Below are positions 1-12,329 of a stretch of 64,000 nucleotides of DNA, piece after piece. The position numbers were made by a program, and so were the translations under genes. The DNA comes from Octopus sinensis. Taxonomy: Eukaryota. The DNA lies in contig NC_043000.1 in NCBI RefSeq assembly GCF_006345805.1, positions 157,604,001-157,668,000 of the forward strand, read 5' to 3'. Positions within the stretch are counted from its first letter, which is position 1, and each line of letters starts with the position of its first letter. The notes below the pieces were generated by a model. That model did no database searches. It saw nothing but the letters and a program-made list of their open reading frames with translations, and was not told the origin of the DNA.

Positions 1-490
1 TTGGCCTAAACACCTATCGGAAAAACTCTGATGACTGGATGTTAAAGCTTATCTTAAAAGCAGAAAACAAGAAAACATCTTACTCAGTAACAAAAGAGAC
101 AAAGAAATATCTAAGTGAATTCCAAATACTACAAATCCCAGAATTAGATGTATTGGAAACAAGCACAGAAATAGCTAAGCATATGAAAACCCGTGCTAAA
201 ACTACTGCCTTAGATATTCTTACTGATAAATCGCAAGAAAAACGTCTCAATGGCAAATATCCAAAGAGAGCTAATAATGCTAATGTTGACAAAGCATTTA
301 CCCATCACTGGTTAGTGTAATTTGGCTTAAAATCAGAGATAGACGGGTTTATCAAGAAGTTCAAGATCAATGTTTACCAATAAGGAACTACCAGGTCAAC
401 ATACTAAAGAACGGCAGTAGCACAACATGTCGTGTATGTAAAGAACAAAATGAAACCATCACTTATGTTGTCTTCACGTGCACTCTTCTG
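1..490 (+). mobile_element. Decayed R4/Dong-clade (RLE-type) non-LTR retrotransposon ORF fragment: post-RT region to CCHC zinc knuckle
   Basis: Manual translation gives ...HHWLV*SGLKSEIDGF / QDQCLPIRNYQVNILKNGSSTTCRVCKEQNETITYVVFTCTLL, matching the 'WL..G.LK.ETEG...QDQ...TRNY...CR.C....ET..H....C' pattern of R4/Dong ORFs. It contains stops and a frameshift. Confidence 0.8.
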
Positions 491-494
491 GAAC

Positions 495-1007
495 TTTACC
501 GATCAAACTGACAGAAAGAAAGATCATGTACATGTTTCGTCTCGGTATAAAAGATGGGCTACAACAAATATTCTGTTTAATACCACTGATTTGCTTGTCA
601 GCTGATTGACTTTAACCGGTTGAGCATGTCCCTTAGTGGGTGACGATATGTAAATCTCTGGTCACAAGCAGAAGTAGAAGGGGAGAATCATGTGTTGAGA
701 GGAATTCTTTGGGGTTTGATTAATTCACCGCTAGAAACATGGGTGTTTCACTTAACATTCTGAAACCTTATTCAGAGACGTTTTGGGAGGGATGAGCTAC
801 TTGATCTGAAGAAAATTCTAGCTAGGCATTTCACCACCCCATCTGCAAGGTCATGCGCTATTTATTTTGATACAAGATCACCATGTCGTACACATACTGT
901 TGTGGTGCACGTGCCTGATGTACCCTTATCAGACGTGTAGTCATGATGGGTATATTAAGATATATTCTACCCCAGTGTCACTGTGATTGCATTACTGCTC
1001 TCTGATT

Positions 1008-1010
<3 letters not shown>
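495..1010 (+). mobile_element. ~560-bp non-coding interspersed repeat, copy 1 (5'-truncated, diverged)
   Basis: Colinear with 1090-1647 (shared ggtataaaagatgggctac, ttgagcatgtcccttagtgg, tagtcatgatgggtatatt, ccccagtgtcact). Ends in (TAC)n(TAA)n. Confidence 0.8.
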
Positions 1011-1085
<75 letters not shown>

Positions 1086-1089
1086 TAAT

Positions 1090-1647
1090 AAATGCCCTGA
1101 TGCAGTACCAGGCAGTGGCTCTCATGGCTTCTGATCTTTACTGATTGGAAGTGTTATCATGTACATTGTTTTGTCTTGGTATAAAAGATGGGCTACAGCA
1201 AATATTCTGCTCAATACCACAGATTTGCTTGTCAGTTGCTTGACCTTAACCAGTTGAGCATGTCCCTTAGTGGCTGACGATATGTGCATCTCTGATCACG
1301 AGCAGAAGTAGTGGGGGAGCATCATAGCCATGTGTTGAGAGGGATTCTTTGGGGTTTGAATCGTTCATCTCTGGAAACATGGGTGGTTCTTTCAACATCC
1401 TTAAACAACCCTTATTCAGGGACCGTTTGAGTGGGATGGGCTACTCAACCTGAAGAAAATTCTAACTGGGCTCCACCTGCAAGGTCATGTGCTGTTTATC
1501 TTGATATGAGATCACCATGTCGCGCACATATGGTTGTGATGCATGTGCCTGGTGTACCTTTATCAGACGGGTAGTCATGATGGGTATATTGGGTTTCGTA
1601 TATTTTACCCCAGTGTCACTTTGATGGCATGAACTGCTCTCTCACTC
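1090..1647 (+). mobile_element. ~560-bp non-coding interspersed repeat, copy 2, flanked on both sides by TAA arrays
   Basis: Begins aaatgccctgatgcagtacc directly after (TAA)n and ends ctctcactc before aatgataacaatagtaataat. No ORF found on either strand. Confidence 0.8.
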
Positions 1648-1676
1648 AATGATAACAATAGTAATAATAATAATAG

Positions 1677-2236
1677 CGAGTGCTTAATTGTAGCAGTCTA
1701 AGATCAAGCGATAAAAACAAACAACTTGAGAAAAAATATATGGAAAGAATTTGTCAGAAAAATGTAAGCCTGTGGAAGTGGCTTGCCCCAAGTTGGTACA
1801 TGAAGAATATAAGAAATGGAGGCACGACCAAATTGTAAAAGTTATACACTAGAAAGTTTGCGGGAAATGGAGATTTTAAACTGTAAAGTAAGAGAAAGAA
1901 AAAATATACTGTCCCTTAAAGTTTGAAATTGGAAGAATTTGAAGCATGCGAACAATATAATAATTTGTTTGTGTGTGTTGGTGCGTTGAGAATAGTAAGC
2001 CAAGATACAGACAAATCGCTGAAGGAAATTGAAATAAAATTACTGGTGGGGCTCCCACAGAAGGTTTGTCTTTTAGAGACAGTAAGGATTACCAGGAGGG
2101 TTCTAAGCACTTGAAAAGCTGCTGAAAACTTGTGGATACCTAAAGTTGCAGGTAGTAACCCGCTATCCACATAATTCCTGCAGGAATCAGACTGAACCTG
2201 AGCCAAACGAAAATAATATTAATAATAACAATAATG
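1677..2236 (+). mobile_element. R4/Dong-clade LINE 3' remnant (zinc knuckle, RLE C-terminus, 3'UTR, TAA tail), internally deleted
   Basis: ECLIVAV*DQAIKTN; ACPKLVHEEYKKWRHDQIVKVIH*KVCGKW; VCVGALRIV...PQKVCLLETVRITRRVL*. The 3'UTR aggtagtaacccgctatccacataa is shared with 55417-55441, followed by an AAT tail. Confidence 0.85.
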
Positions 2237-2244
2237 GTTTCAAA

Positions 2245-2635
2245 TTTTGCCACAAGGGCAGCAATTTGGGTGAAGGGGATGAGTTGATTACATTGATTGT
2301 AGCGTTCAACTGCTACTCATTTTATCGATCCCAAAAGGATGAAAGGCAAAGTTAACCTCGGCGGAATTTGAACTCCGACGGTAGCAACGGACGAAGTACC
2401 TATATCTTTACTACCCACAAGGGGCTAAACACAGGGGGGACAAACAAGGACAGACAAACAGATTAAGTCGATTATATTGGCCCCAGTACGTTACTGGTAC
2501 TTATTTAATTGACCCCAAAAGGATGAAAGGCAAAGTGGACCTCGGCGGATTTTGAACTAAGAATGTAACGGCAGACGAAATACCTCTGAGAATGTCGTCC
2601 AGTGCGCGAACGATTCTGCCAGCTCACCACCTAAA
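2245..2635 (-). mobile_element. tRNA-headed SINE family A, dimeric form
   Basis: Reverse complement of the family A consensus (gagctggcagaa...gaagttcaaattccgccgagg..actttgcctttcatcc..ggggtc..taaataagtaccagt), with the central domain present twice. Confidence 0.85.
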
Positions 2636-3053
2636 CCTCAACAACAACACACATACTCATATATATTGACACACACATACATATATATATACACATATGT
2701 GTGCGTGTATGTGTGTGGATGTGTGTGTGTATACACGCGCACACTTACTTATATGTATCTGTTTATGTAGATGTGTGATTGTACGACTGTTTATGCCTAC
2801 ATCTGTCAAAATAAAATCGTCTTTGTTGCTTTTATGACATCACCTAGCGGATAGATAATTAACGATTGATAAAATAACTACCAAACTGAAACATGTTCTG
2901 GAGCACATGTATTGTCGACTCTATGCGTCCATCCCAAGGACCAGTATTCACTGAAACCAGTCAAAGATAAAAGAATAAAAACAGTTTAATTACAAAAACA
3001 CAATAATAAAACCAACTGACGAAAATAAAAATAAAAATATAATATATAATGAA

Positions 3054-3220
3054 CTGTGGTTGTGTGGTAAGTAGCTTGCTAACCAACCACATGGTTCCGG
3101 GTTCAGTCCCACTGCGTGGCATCTTGGGCAAATGTCTTCTGCTATAGCCCCGGGCCGACCAATGCCTTGTGAGTGGATTTGGTAGACGGAAACTGAAAGA
3201 AGCCCGTCGTATATATGTGC

Positions 3221-3252
<32 letters not shown>

Positions 3253-3460
3253 TTGTGTGTCTGTTTGTCCCCCTAGCTTTGATTGACAACCGATGCTGGT
3301 GTGTTTACGTCCACGTCACTTAGCGGTTTGGCAAAAGTGACCGATAGAATAAGTACTGGGCTTACAAAGAATAAGTCCCGGGGTCGATTTGCTCGACTAA
3401 AGGCGGTGCTCCAGCATGGCCGCATTCAAATGACTGAAACAAGTAAAAGAGTAAAAGAGT
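3054..3460 (+). mobile_element. tRNA-headed SINE family B, near full length
   Basis: Head tgtgtggtaagtagcttgc...ggttccgggttcagtccc (B-box-like), internal TA/TG microsatellite, body ending (AAAAGAGT)n. Near-identical copies at 4926, 47738 and 49601. Confidence 0.9.
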
Positions 3461-4152
3461 AACTAAATGGGTAAAGAAAGAGAGGATAATGTTAAAGGCG
3501 TCGATTTTGGTCCATCTTCCCATGAAAAATCACGTGAAAACATTACATCTCTGGTTTTTCTTAAAGGAAATTGTGTGTATGAGAAAATAGATGTTAACCG
3601 CATATATATATATATATATATGCCATCAGGCTTTGGTCATAGTCGATATAATAGTTATGATACGTCTTTCAATACAGATGAATCTTACGAAGGGAACAAG
3701 ATAGAGAATCCAATATTTGGAACTCGTGAATTTTCAACTATGATAATCTTTTTTCTGAAAAAGACACGATTGTTCTTATTCTTTTTTTTTATTAGCTGAG
3801 GATGTTATCAACATTTTACGTCATGCTTAGTGCCTCCCTCTCATAGTTACACATAATTCTACTTTTTTTTCTTTCAACCTTATCTCTTATACTATATAAT
3901 TTTTGTCGTCTCTGCAAGCCTACTTGAGTTTTTTAAATATGTTTTTTTTTCAATTCCTCACCTCTTATCCACTGCATAAACCCATTCCAAACTTTATTAT
4001 TTTTATCATTGTATTTATATATATATACTTATTTAAAATTTTGTGTTTTGCTTCAGAAATGTATACCTGTTAACATATTTGAGTGAGTAGTGAAACGTGG
4101 TTTCCAAGCGTCCAAATCATGCCATGTACTCTTATGCAGGTTCTGCGTACAT

Positions 4153-4368
<216 letters not shown>

Positions 4369-4588
4369 TGCACCCGCGCGCACGCTCTCCTAAGTGTACT
4401 TTTAGGTAGGTGTTCACACATATGCACAAATCTGGGTTTCTGTACAAATGTATAGACGCGCACAGGCATTAAATGAATATGAATATGTGTGTGAATGTTT
4501 ACATGTACGTGTACATAACTGCATGAATGCATACATACAAATATACATTTATGCACACGCACACACATATACACCCATACACACACAC

Positions 4589-4624
<36 letters not shown>

Positions 4625-4925
4625 CACATATATAAATACACAGTGGGAGAGAATACGTCAACAAGCGTAGAGTAGATACAGACCGGATTAGTGCTCAAAC
4701 CAGAACAAATTACTATGATCCGTCGTCCTAACCATGGGAGACATAATCCAGCTGGACAAGAGTTGGCCATAGGCAACACACCGATGAACTAATGACAATA
4801 AAGATTAAAATATAGAGAGATAAACCGCTGTTTATGACATCAAAGCATTTTTTATTTAATTAATTACAAAGAACGAAGGTGGGTTATGATAGTTTTTCAC
4901 TAACTCCTTCCTTCTGCTTAATTAT

Positions 4926-5350
4926 ACTCTTTACTCTTTTACTCTTTTACTTGTTTCAGTAATTTGACTGCGGCCATGTTGGAGCACCGCCTTTTAGTCG
5001 AGCAAATCGACCCCGGGACTTATTCTTTGTAAGCCCAGTACTTATTCTATCGGTCCCTTTGGCCGAACCGCTAAGTTACGGGGACGTAAACACACCAGCA
5101 TCGGTTGTCAAGCAATGCCAGGGGGACAAACACAGACACACAAACACATACACACACATACATATATATATATAAATACATATATACGACAGGCTTCTTT
5201 CAGTTTCCGTCTACCAAATCCACTCACAAGGCATTGGTCGGCCCGGGGCTATAGTAGAAGACACTTACCCAAGATGCCACGCAGTGGGACTGAACCCGGA
5301 ACCATGTGGTTGATTAGCAAGCTACTTGCCACACAGCCAACCCTGCGCCT
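4926..5350 (-). mobile_element. SINE family B, full length
   Basis: Reverse complement of 3054-3460, including the (ACTCTTTT)n tail and head ...ccacacagcca.ccctgcgcct. Confidence 0.9.
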
Positions 5351-5577
5351 ATATTTATATTTGTTTATGTTTTATATACAGTTTGGTGCCAAAAGAATCA
5401 GCCAGTCCATATTTTATTTTATCTTGGAGTGTCTGATAGTCATGGGAAACATTTTATGTGTATTTCATAAGACCGTATGTATTCGCCTATCATTAAATAT
5501 GTGGTTTTCACATGTCGAGAGTTAATAAGAGCTTTTCCTGATGTGGATCCTCAGTCTTTGTCGATTTTAATCCTTAA

Positions 5578-5710
5578 TACGAGATCGTGCTGAAAAGTTC
5601 CTGGATTTAGGTAAAAGAAAATATAGAAGGGGCGGTTAATAATTATTATTTTATTCGTATGGGTATATATTTCTATGTTTGAGAGTATAGAAGGCAAATT
5701 TGAACAAGTG
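5578..5710 (+). mobile_element. Possible mariner-type MITE/TIR fragment
   Basis: tacgagatcgtgctgaaaagttcctgg resembles the TA+CGAGG..tgctgaaaagttcc termini of mariner-family elements (recalled pattern). No second TIR found. Confidence 0.3.
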
Positions 5711-5937
5711 TAGAATGCAATATTAGACGAAACGAAATATCGGAATATTCGTATATATTTCTATGCTTAAGCAGTTGTGTTTGTTCTGTGTGCAAATATA
5801 GCAATATGAAAAACATTCTGCATGAAAACACGTATATATCAAAGCCGAGTGTATATATTTCCTTTTTCGAATCTATATATCGCAATCCCGTTATCTTAGG
5901 AGTATATTAAGAGTGTTCACTAGCAAGCATTGACAAT

Positions 5938-6007
5938 GCTATGTATGTATGTATGTATGTATGTATGTATGTATGTATGTATGTATATATATATATATAT
6001 ATATAAA

Positions 6008-6039
<32 letters not shown>

Positions 6040-6080
6040 CGCACATATATATGGTTTGTTTCCAAAACACACACACACAA

Positions 6081-6151
<71 letters not shown>
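5938..6151. repeat. Compound (TATG)n-(TA)n-(CA)n-(GA)n microsatellite
   Basis: Direct reading. Confidence 0.95.
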
Positions 6152-6156
<5 letters not shown>

Positions 6157-7038
6157 ATGGTGAGATAAACAAACGAACATCTAGAGATTGGAGGGGAGGG
6201 GGCAAAAACAAACACAAACACTCACACACGCACGCACATACGTATGTATGTACGTGCATATATATAAATATAGATGTATGCATTGAGTATTCTTTCTTCT
6301 GTGTATGAAACTCAACAAGCATTACTAACACACAGTTTCACACACACACACACACACACAGACAAACACAAACACACATATGGGACAGTTTAACCATTAT
6401 TCTCAAACATCCTCAAACATTGCTGCCGTTGTCTTCAGCAGTATCATTCAACAATTCTAATTTGCATATTTCATCAAAATTCTGTCAATTGAAGTGTTTC
6501 TTATTCACACTAGATTTATTTACCATCTTCAGAGTTTGAGAAATGTCAGTGCATTTTAAACCTATTAATTCCTTGTTTTGTTGTTTGGCGCGTTTCATTC
6601 TTCGCATCCGCTCGCTATAAGCTGCCAAAGTAAACATAGTGTATGCTTGAGTGTTGTTGATAATAATCGGATTGTATTATTGTTTAGCAGACATTGACAG
6701 CAGCAGCGTTCCGGTTTAGGCCAACATTTCGTTTCGCATAACAGCGTCTTCATTCTTCAGTATTCACTTTTACTTTTTAAACGCTTGGGAGTAGCTTTAT
6801 GGAGATGTACCCAGTATTTGTAGCTCGGGAAGCTTCGCTCTTTTATAGGACCCGTTTAAGTTACCCTCATCCCGCGGTGAAAATTTCGAAAGAAAGTGGG
6901 GAGAGGGAGGAAAATAATAAAATAGATAATCTATATTTAAAATTCACTGTAATAATGACATTAGTCCAATATGCATCTACATGTATTGATACATATGTAT
7001 ATATATATACACACATATACACATATATATATACATAC

Positions 7039-7094
<56 letters not shown>

Positions 7095-7131
7095 TGTATA
7101 TATGTGAGTTTGTGTGTGTATGTATATATGA

Positions 7132-7440
7132 AGGTGCATGGCCTTGTGGTTAGAGTGTTGAGCCCACGATCGCGGAATCGTTGTTTCAATTCCTAGACCA
7201 GGTCGTGCGTTGTGTTCTTGAGCAAAACTCTACATTTTGCGTTGCTCCGCGATCCCTTCGACACCTGGCGCGTGTTACACAGTGCACCTGTTCAGACAAC
7301 GTCGATTCGATGGGGGGGGGAGTGACCTAATGTGTAGTGTGCAGCACGAACATTTGATCAATATAAAAAAAAAACATTTGTACAGGTCGTTCGGCAAAAG
7401 CAGAGCGCTCATACGTCATCTTCGACGTGAGAGTCCATTG
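7132..7440 (+). mobile_element. tRNA-headed SINE family C
   Basis: A-box-like tggccttgtgg and B-box-like gtttcaattcc, followed by a GC-rich body ending at a TA tract. Confidence 0.65.
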
Positions 7441-7469
7441 TATATATGTATAGTACGTCGCCATGATGG

Positions 7470-7665
7470 ATCGGTAGCCACTACACACATTTTTTTTTCT
7501 CTCCTTGTTTCGCTCCTTGCTTTTTTCTGTGTTCCTTTCTGTGGAAGAGCGTAGGCTCGAAACGTAAAATACTTTTTCAATTCCCGAGCGTTATACTAAT
7601 ACATCTGTTTGTTTTCTACATCACCTGTCTTCGTCTTTTGTTTTTTTTTTTCGTGAATTCTCCCT
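7470..7665 (+). mobile_element. ~190-bp hammerhead-containing mini-element (family H2), copy 1
   Basis: Homologous to 11215-11402 (-) and 47526-47725 (+). Embedded between TA/CATA tracts. Confidence 0.8.
7536..7569 (+). ncRNA. Minimal type-I hammerhead-like motif, variant core CUGUGGA
   Basis: ttt-CTGTGGA-A-GAGC gtag GCTC-GAAAC-GT-A-aaa: helix II 4 bp, palindromic ACGT helix III, helix I 3 bp. A6 is replaced by U. Confidence 0.6.
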
Positions 7666-7740
7666 ATAATACATACATACATACATACATATATATATGC
7701 ATATGTATATCATTTATATATATGTGTACACTCACACATG

Positions 7741-7773
<33 letters not shown>

Positions 7774-9229
7774 GTATACCTACATGTATACATAGATACA
7801 TATATACGTAAATACATAAATACACGTACGTGTATGTATGTATCTATGTATGTATGAATGTATGTATATATGTATGAATGTATGTATACATCATGTGATG
7901 CATTGGGTGATACATATATGTCTCTTTTTTAAAACACCGAAATTCAACTTGCCCCAGCAACAGAATACACTAACTCAGGACTTTGGTCATCTGTTCATGA
8001 AGCTGATGCTAATATAAAGTTGTGTATCTATAATGAAAAGCAAATATATCTCGTCGCTCTTTCTTTTTACCATTGAGATTTACTCTAGGTGTATATTATT
8101 CAATGTATATTTGAATTCTTCACTGGTGTAAGAAGACTGGAAAATAATTTAACTGCTATGTCTAGCAGGCCAAGTGATCGCATAGAACTCCCTGTTGGCA
8201 CACTTCTTGTCGATGTAATATGTTTGTTTGGTTGTTGTTAAGTCTTTGAGTCTTTGTCATCGATAATCGAGCTGACGGAATGGTGATGTTAGGTGATGTT
8301 ATTTGATATCTGACGCCGTGTGTGTGTATGGGTGGTGGTAGTGATGGCAGAATTGTTACAGTATCGGATTAACATAATACATTGCGGCATTTGTTTTGGC
8401 GTGTTACGCCTGAGTTCGAAACCTGCCGAGGTTGTATTTGCCTTCCTTCTCTGTGGGTCGATAAAACAGAGCACTAATCAAATATTTGATTAGATATAAT
8501 CGACTGATCCAACATCTTCGAGATTGATAGACTTGTACCTATGACTGTCTGTCTGTCTGTCTGTCTGTCTCTGTCTCTCTCTTTATCTATCGGCTTATCT
8601 ATCTACAAATGCACATACATTTCTACCGATGTATATTCGTGTCTGTATATGCATGTACGTATGCACATGTGCATATATGTGCGCTTGTGTATGTGCGTAT
8701 ACGCGTGTATGTATGTGTGTGTTTGTGCAACTTTGTGATGTGTTTGTCAATTTTCTATCTCTACGCACACACATGTATGTCTGTTTACGAGTAGGTACAA
8801 AACTCAGGTGTATATTCAGACATAATGGATTACCACAATAGGGGATGAACATAAAAACATACACCTCATACATAGACATACACGCCTACATATAGAGAAC
8901 TGCTTCAAAATCTACACCTTTTGAAATAATTTCAGACATATACGTGTATACATAGAGACACACTAAAATGCATGCACTTATTATCACAAATCTACACATG
9001 CATATATAAAGAGAAAGCAAATGCATTTATACGTAATCTCTACGTGTAAGTGTATATATGTATACGTTCATGCATGTGAATATGTATGTTTCTGTGAATA
9101 TCTAATTGCATTTATTTTTATTTCTCGTGAAATCGAAGAATTTATAACCTTTTGAGGTTATTTTAATAACATCAAGTTCTTTATTTAATAACTGAAGGAA
9201 ATTAATTTGGCTTTGAAAAAAATAAACAA

Positions 9230-9303
9230 CAACAGCAACAACAATAGCAGACACATGATAATAATGATGACTGTACTACTATTACTACTACTAACTACTA
9301 CTA

Positions 9304-9335
<32 letters not shown>

Positions 9336-9381
9336 GATGATGGTGATGATAACAATAATAATAATAATGATGATGATGATG

Positions 9382-9441
<60 letters not shown>

Positions 9442-9510
9442 TTATAACAATGATAATAATAATGATAACAGCAGCAACAACAACAACAACAACAACAATA
9501 ATAATAGTAA
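9230..9510. repeat. Compound trinucleotide array (AAC/ACT/AAT/GAT)
   Basis: Direct reading. Confidence 0.95.
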
Positions 9511-9709
9511 TATTAACCAAGGTAGAGAAAGTAAAAATGTGAACCAAAACAACAACAGGAAACAAAAAACACGCACGATATTAAAAATTAAACTTTAAAT
9601 AAAATACAAATAAGTAAAACAAAGACTTAAATATAGTAATTACATAAATATCCTTAAAGAAAGATTTTTCACCATTCTCTACACAGATTAGAAAATCTTG
9701 AAATATATA

Positions 9710-9714
9710 TGGTT

Positions 9715-9801
<87 letters not shown>

Positions 9802-9878
9802 TATATATCATATAAATATATGTATGTGTGTGTGTATACATTTATGTATTTATCTATCGATATATATATATATAAATC

Positions 9879-9922
<44 letters not shown>

Positions 9923-10026
9923 CGTATTCATATACATATATATAAATACACACGCAGACACACGCCACATATATATATATATATACATTCTATATAGATA
10001 GCCAAAAGAGGGAGGGGGAGAAAGAC

Positions 10027-10057
<31 letters not shown>

Positions 10058-10058
10058 C

Positions 10059-10085
<27 letters not shown>
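9710..10085. repeat. (TA)n and (GA)n microsatellites
   Basis: Direct reading. Confidence 0.95.
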
Positions 10086-10090
<5 letters not shown>

Positions 10091-10390
10091 TTCCCTAAGG
10101 CTATATCTCAGTGTTACTGCTATTCGAAAATCTTTCTTTCACGTTGTCTTATATAACAATACAATAAATATGATATATTTTGAGTACTCAATAGCATACC
10201 TCCTTACATGTCATTCATATTCCACCAATCCCTCCTTTTGTAAAATTTCCAATAAAGAAATAAAATATGATACTATTGCCGCTCCAATTTTAGAGAAATC
10301 AGTTGAAAATATCTTCATCAAACAAATCTCTCGCAAGAAGAATCCATATTTTAAGTGCACACACATGCAAATATTGATATTTATGTGTGT

Positions 10391-10427
<37 letters not shown>

Positions 10428-10431
10428 TATA

Positions 10432-10469
<38 letters not shown>

Positions 10470-10770
10470 TACACATATACATATGTATACACACATAAAT
10501 ATCATATATACATACACGCACACAATCATACCCAAACGGATGTTACAAGCGCAGGAATCCATATTTATAAGTGCATATATAATATCTAAGTATCTGTCTA
10601 TGTATCTATATCCATGTGTATACGTAATACATAATACATATGTATATATATATACATATGTATATATATTTACATATGTATATATATATATATATACAAG
10701 AGTTGCGGAATGGAGGTGGAAAGATCCTGGATGCGTATATTCCACAGCAAGTGGAACCTCAGAAGTGGTA

Positions 10771-10830
10771 AAATCCAAACGATGTGTATATCCTTAGGCC
10801 AAGGATATGAAACATATGTAGACTGAATTT
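10771..10830 (+). ncRNA. Decayed hammerhead-like motif
   Basis: 8-bp hairpin atatcctt/aaggatat followed by GAAAC, palindrome ACATATGT and A. The 5' core has degenerated (acgatgt). Confidence 0.35.
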
Positions 10831-11085
10831 TTCCTACTCCATTCTGTTATTCTTGTAATCTTTTTTCCTCTCTCTGTAGCCCTTGGTTGCCTACCGTGGA
10901 TTATAAAAAGAACCAGTTTTCTGCTAATTGTTTACTGATAAAGAAACTTAATCTGCAACTTTCCGTCTGAAAAAGCAGCTGTTGTTCCTCAAAGTTGTTT
11001 TTTATATTTACTACGGATTGCTCGAAGCTAACTTTCTTTCTACACCCCAATCCTTGGATCTTACGTTTATATATATATATATATA

Positions 11086-11189
<104 letters not shown>

Positions 11190-11214
11190 TGTGTGTGTAT
11201 GTATATATATGTAT

Positions 11215-11402
11215 ATAGGAAGAGTTTTATGAAAAAACAAAAGACGAAGACAGGTGGTGTACAAAACAAACAGATGTATTAGTATAACGCTCAGGAATAG
11301 AAAACGTCTTTTACGTTTCGAGTCTAAGCTTTTGTACAGAAAGGGACACAGAAAAACAAGGAGAGAAACAAGGAGAGAAAAAATGTGTGTAGTGGCTAAC
11401 GA
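11215..11402 (-). mobile_element. Family H2 mini-element, copy 2 (hammerhead core decayed at 11307-11343)
   Basis: Reverse complement reads cttt-CTGTACA-A-AAGC ttag ACTC-GAAAC-GT-A-aaaga. Flanks match 7470-7665. Lies between TA arrays. Confidence 0.8.
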
Positions 11403-11500
11403 CACATAAATATATATTTATGTATACAGACATTCATGCATACATACATACATACATACATGCATACATACATACATACATACATACATACATACATACA

Positions 11501-11541
<41 letters not shown>

Positions 11542-11670
11542 TATATATATATATATACAGATGTATACGGACATATATATATACGGATATATATATTATA
11601 TATATATACATACATACAGATATACAGACATACATATATATATATACATACATATATAAGTATACCTGTG

Positions 11671-11702
<32 letters not shown>

Positions 11703-12329
11703 TTTCTCTGCCTGTCTGTCTGTCTCTCTCATAACGAACAAGCGAAAATAGTATTGAACAGATAAAGTGATTTTTTATGTATATTGGGTTGTCTAATAAC
11801 CAGGACGGTGTTAATTAAATTACGTGTTTAGAAGCTTTTTCTTAAGGCAGCGTGACGTAGTGTTGCTTCTTTCCGTAACGTATCATTCTGTACATAAAAC
11901 CGATCATATTAATCGTTCGTGGGATTTATTAAGTCTAAACAAATGAACCCACTTTTATAAGAGGAATCAACGGCAGAAACAACATCCTGAAAAGTTCTAG
12001 CTAAAGTAATTAGGCTTATTAATCATGCCAACGTGTTTCAAAATATTCTACATGTACTTTTATCACCTATCATTTTATAACCCACTCAAATAGAGCAGTT
12101 TATAGAACGTTTCAGTGGCCTTTACTGAACACGAATTGACCAATTCAAAGAGATCATAGTGTTCTTATCAAAAAAAAAAAAAAGGCAAAGTCTGGATAGG
12201 TTGCAAAATCACATTTCCAGAATATGACATAAAAGATAATGAAGACAATGAAATTCTAGCATCGTTAATATCAACTGCTTTAGAGGTAACATATTTAAGG
12301 CTAAAATCCCGTTACTTTACACCCGAAAT

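Noticed and set aside
1090-1200. Search for an HDV-like or hammerhead ribozyme at the 5' end of the 560-bp element
   Set aside because: ctgatgca is not the HHR core, and I could not build the HDV nested double pseudoknot by eye.
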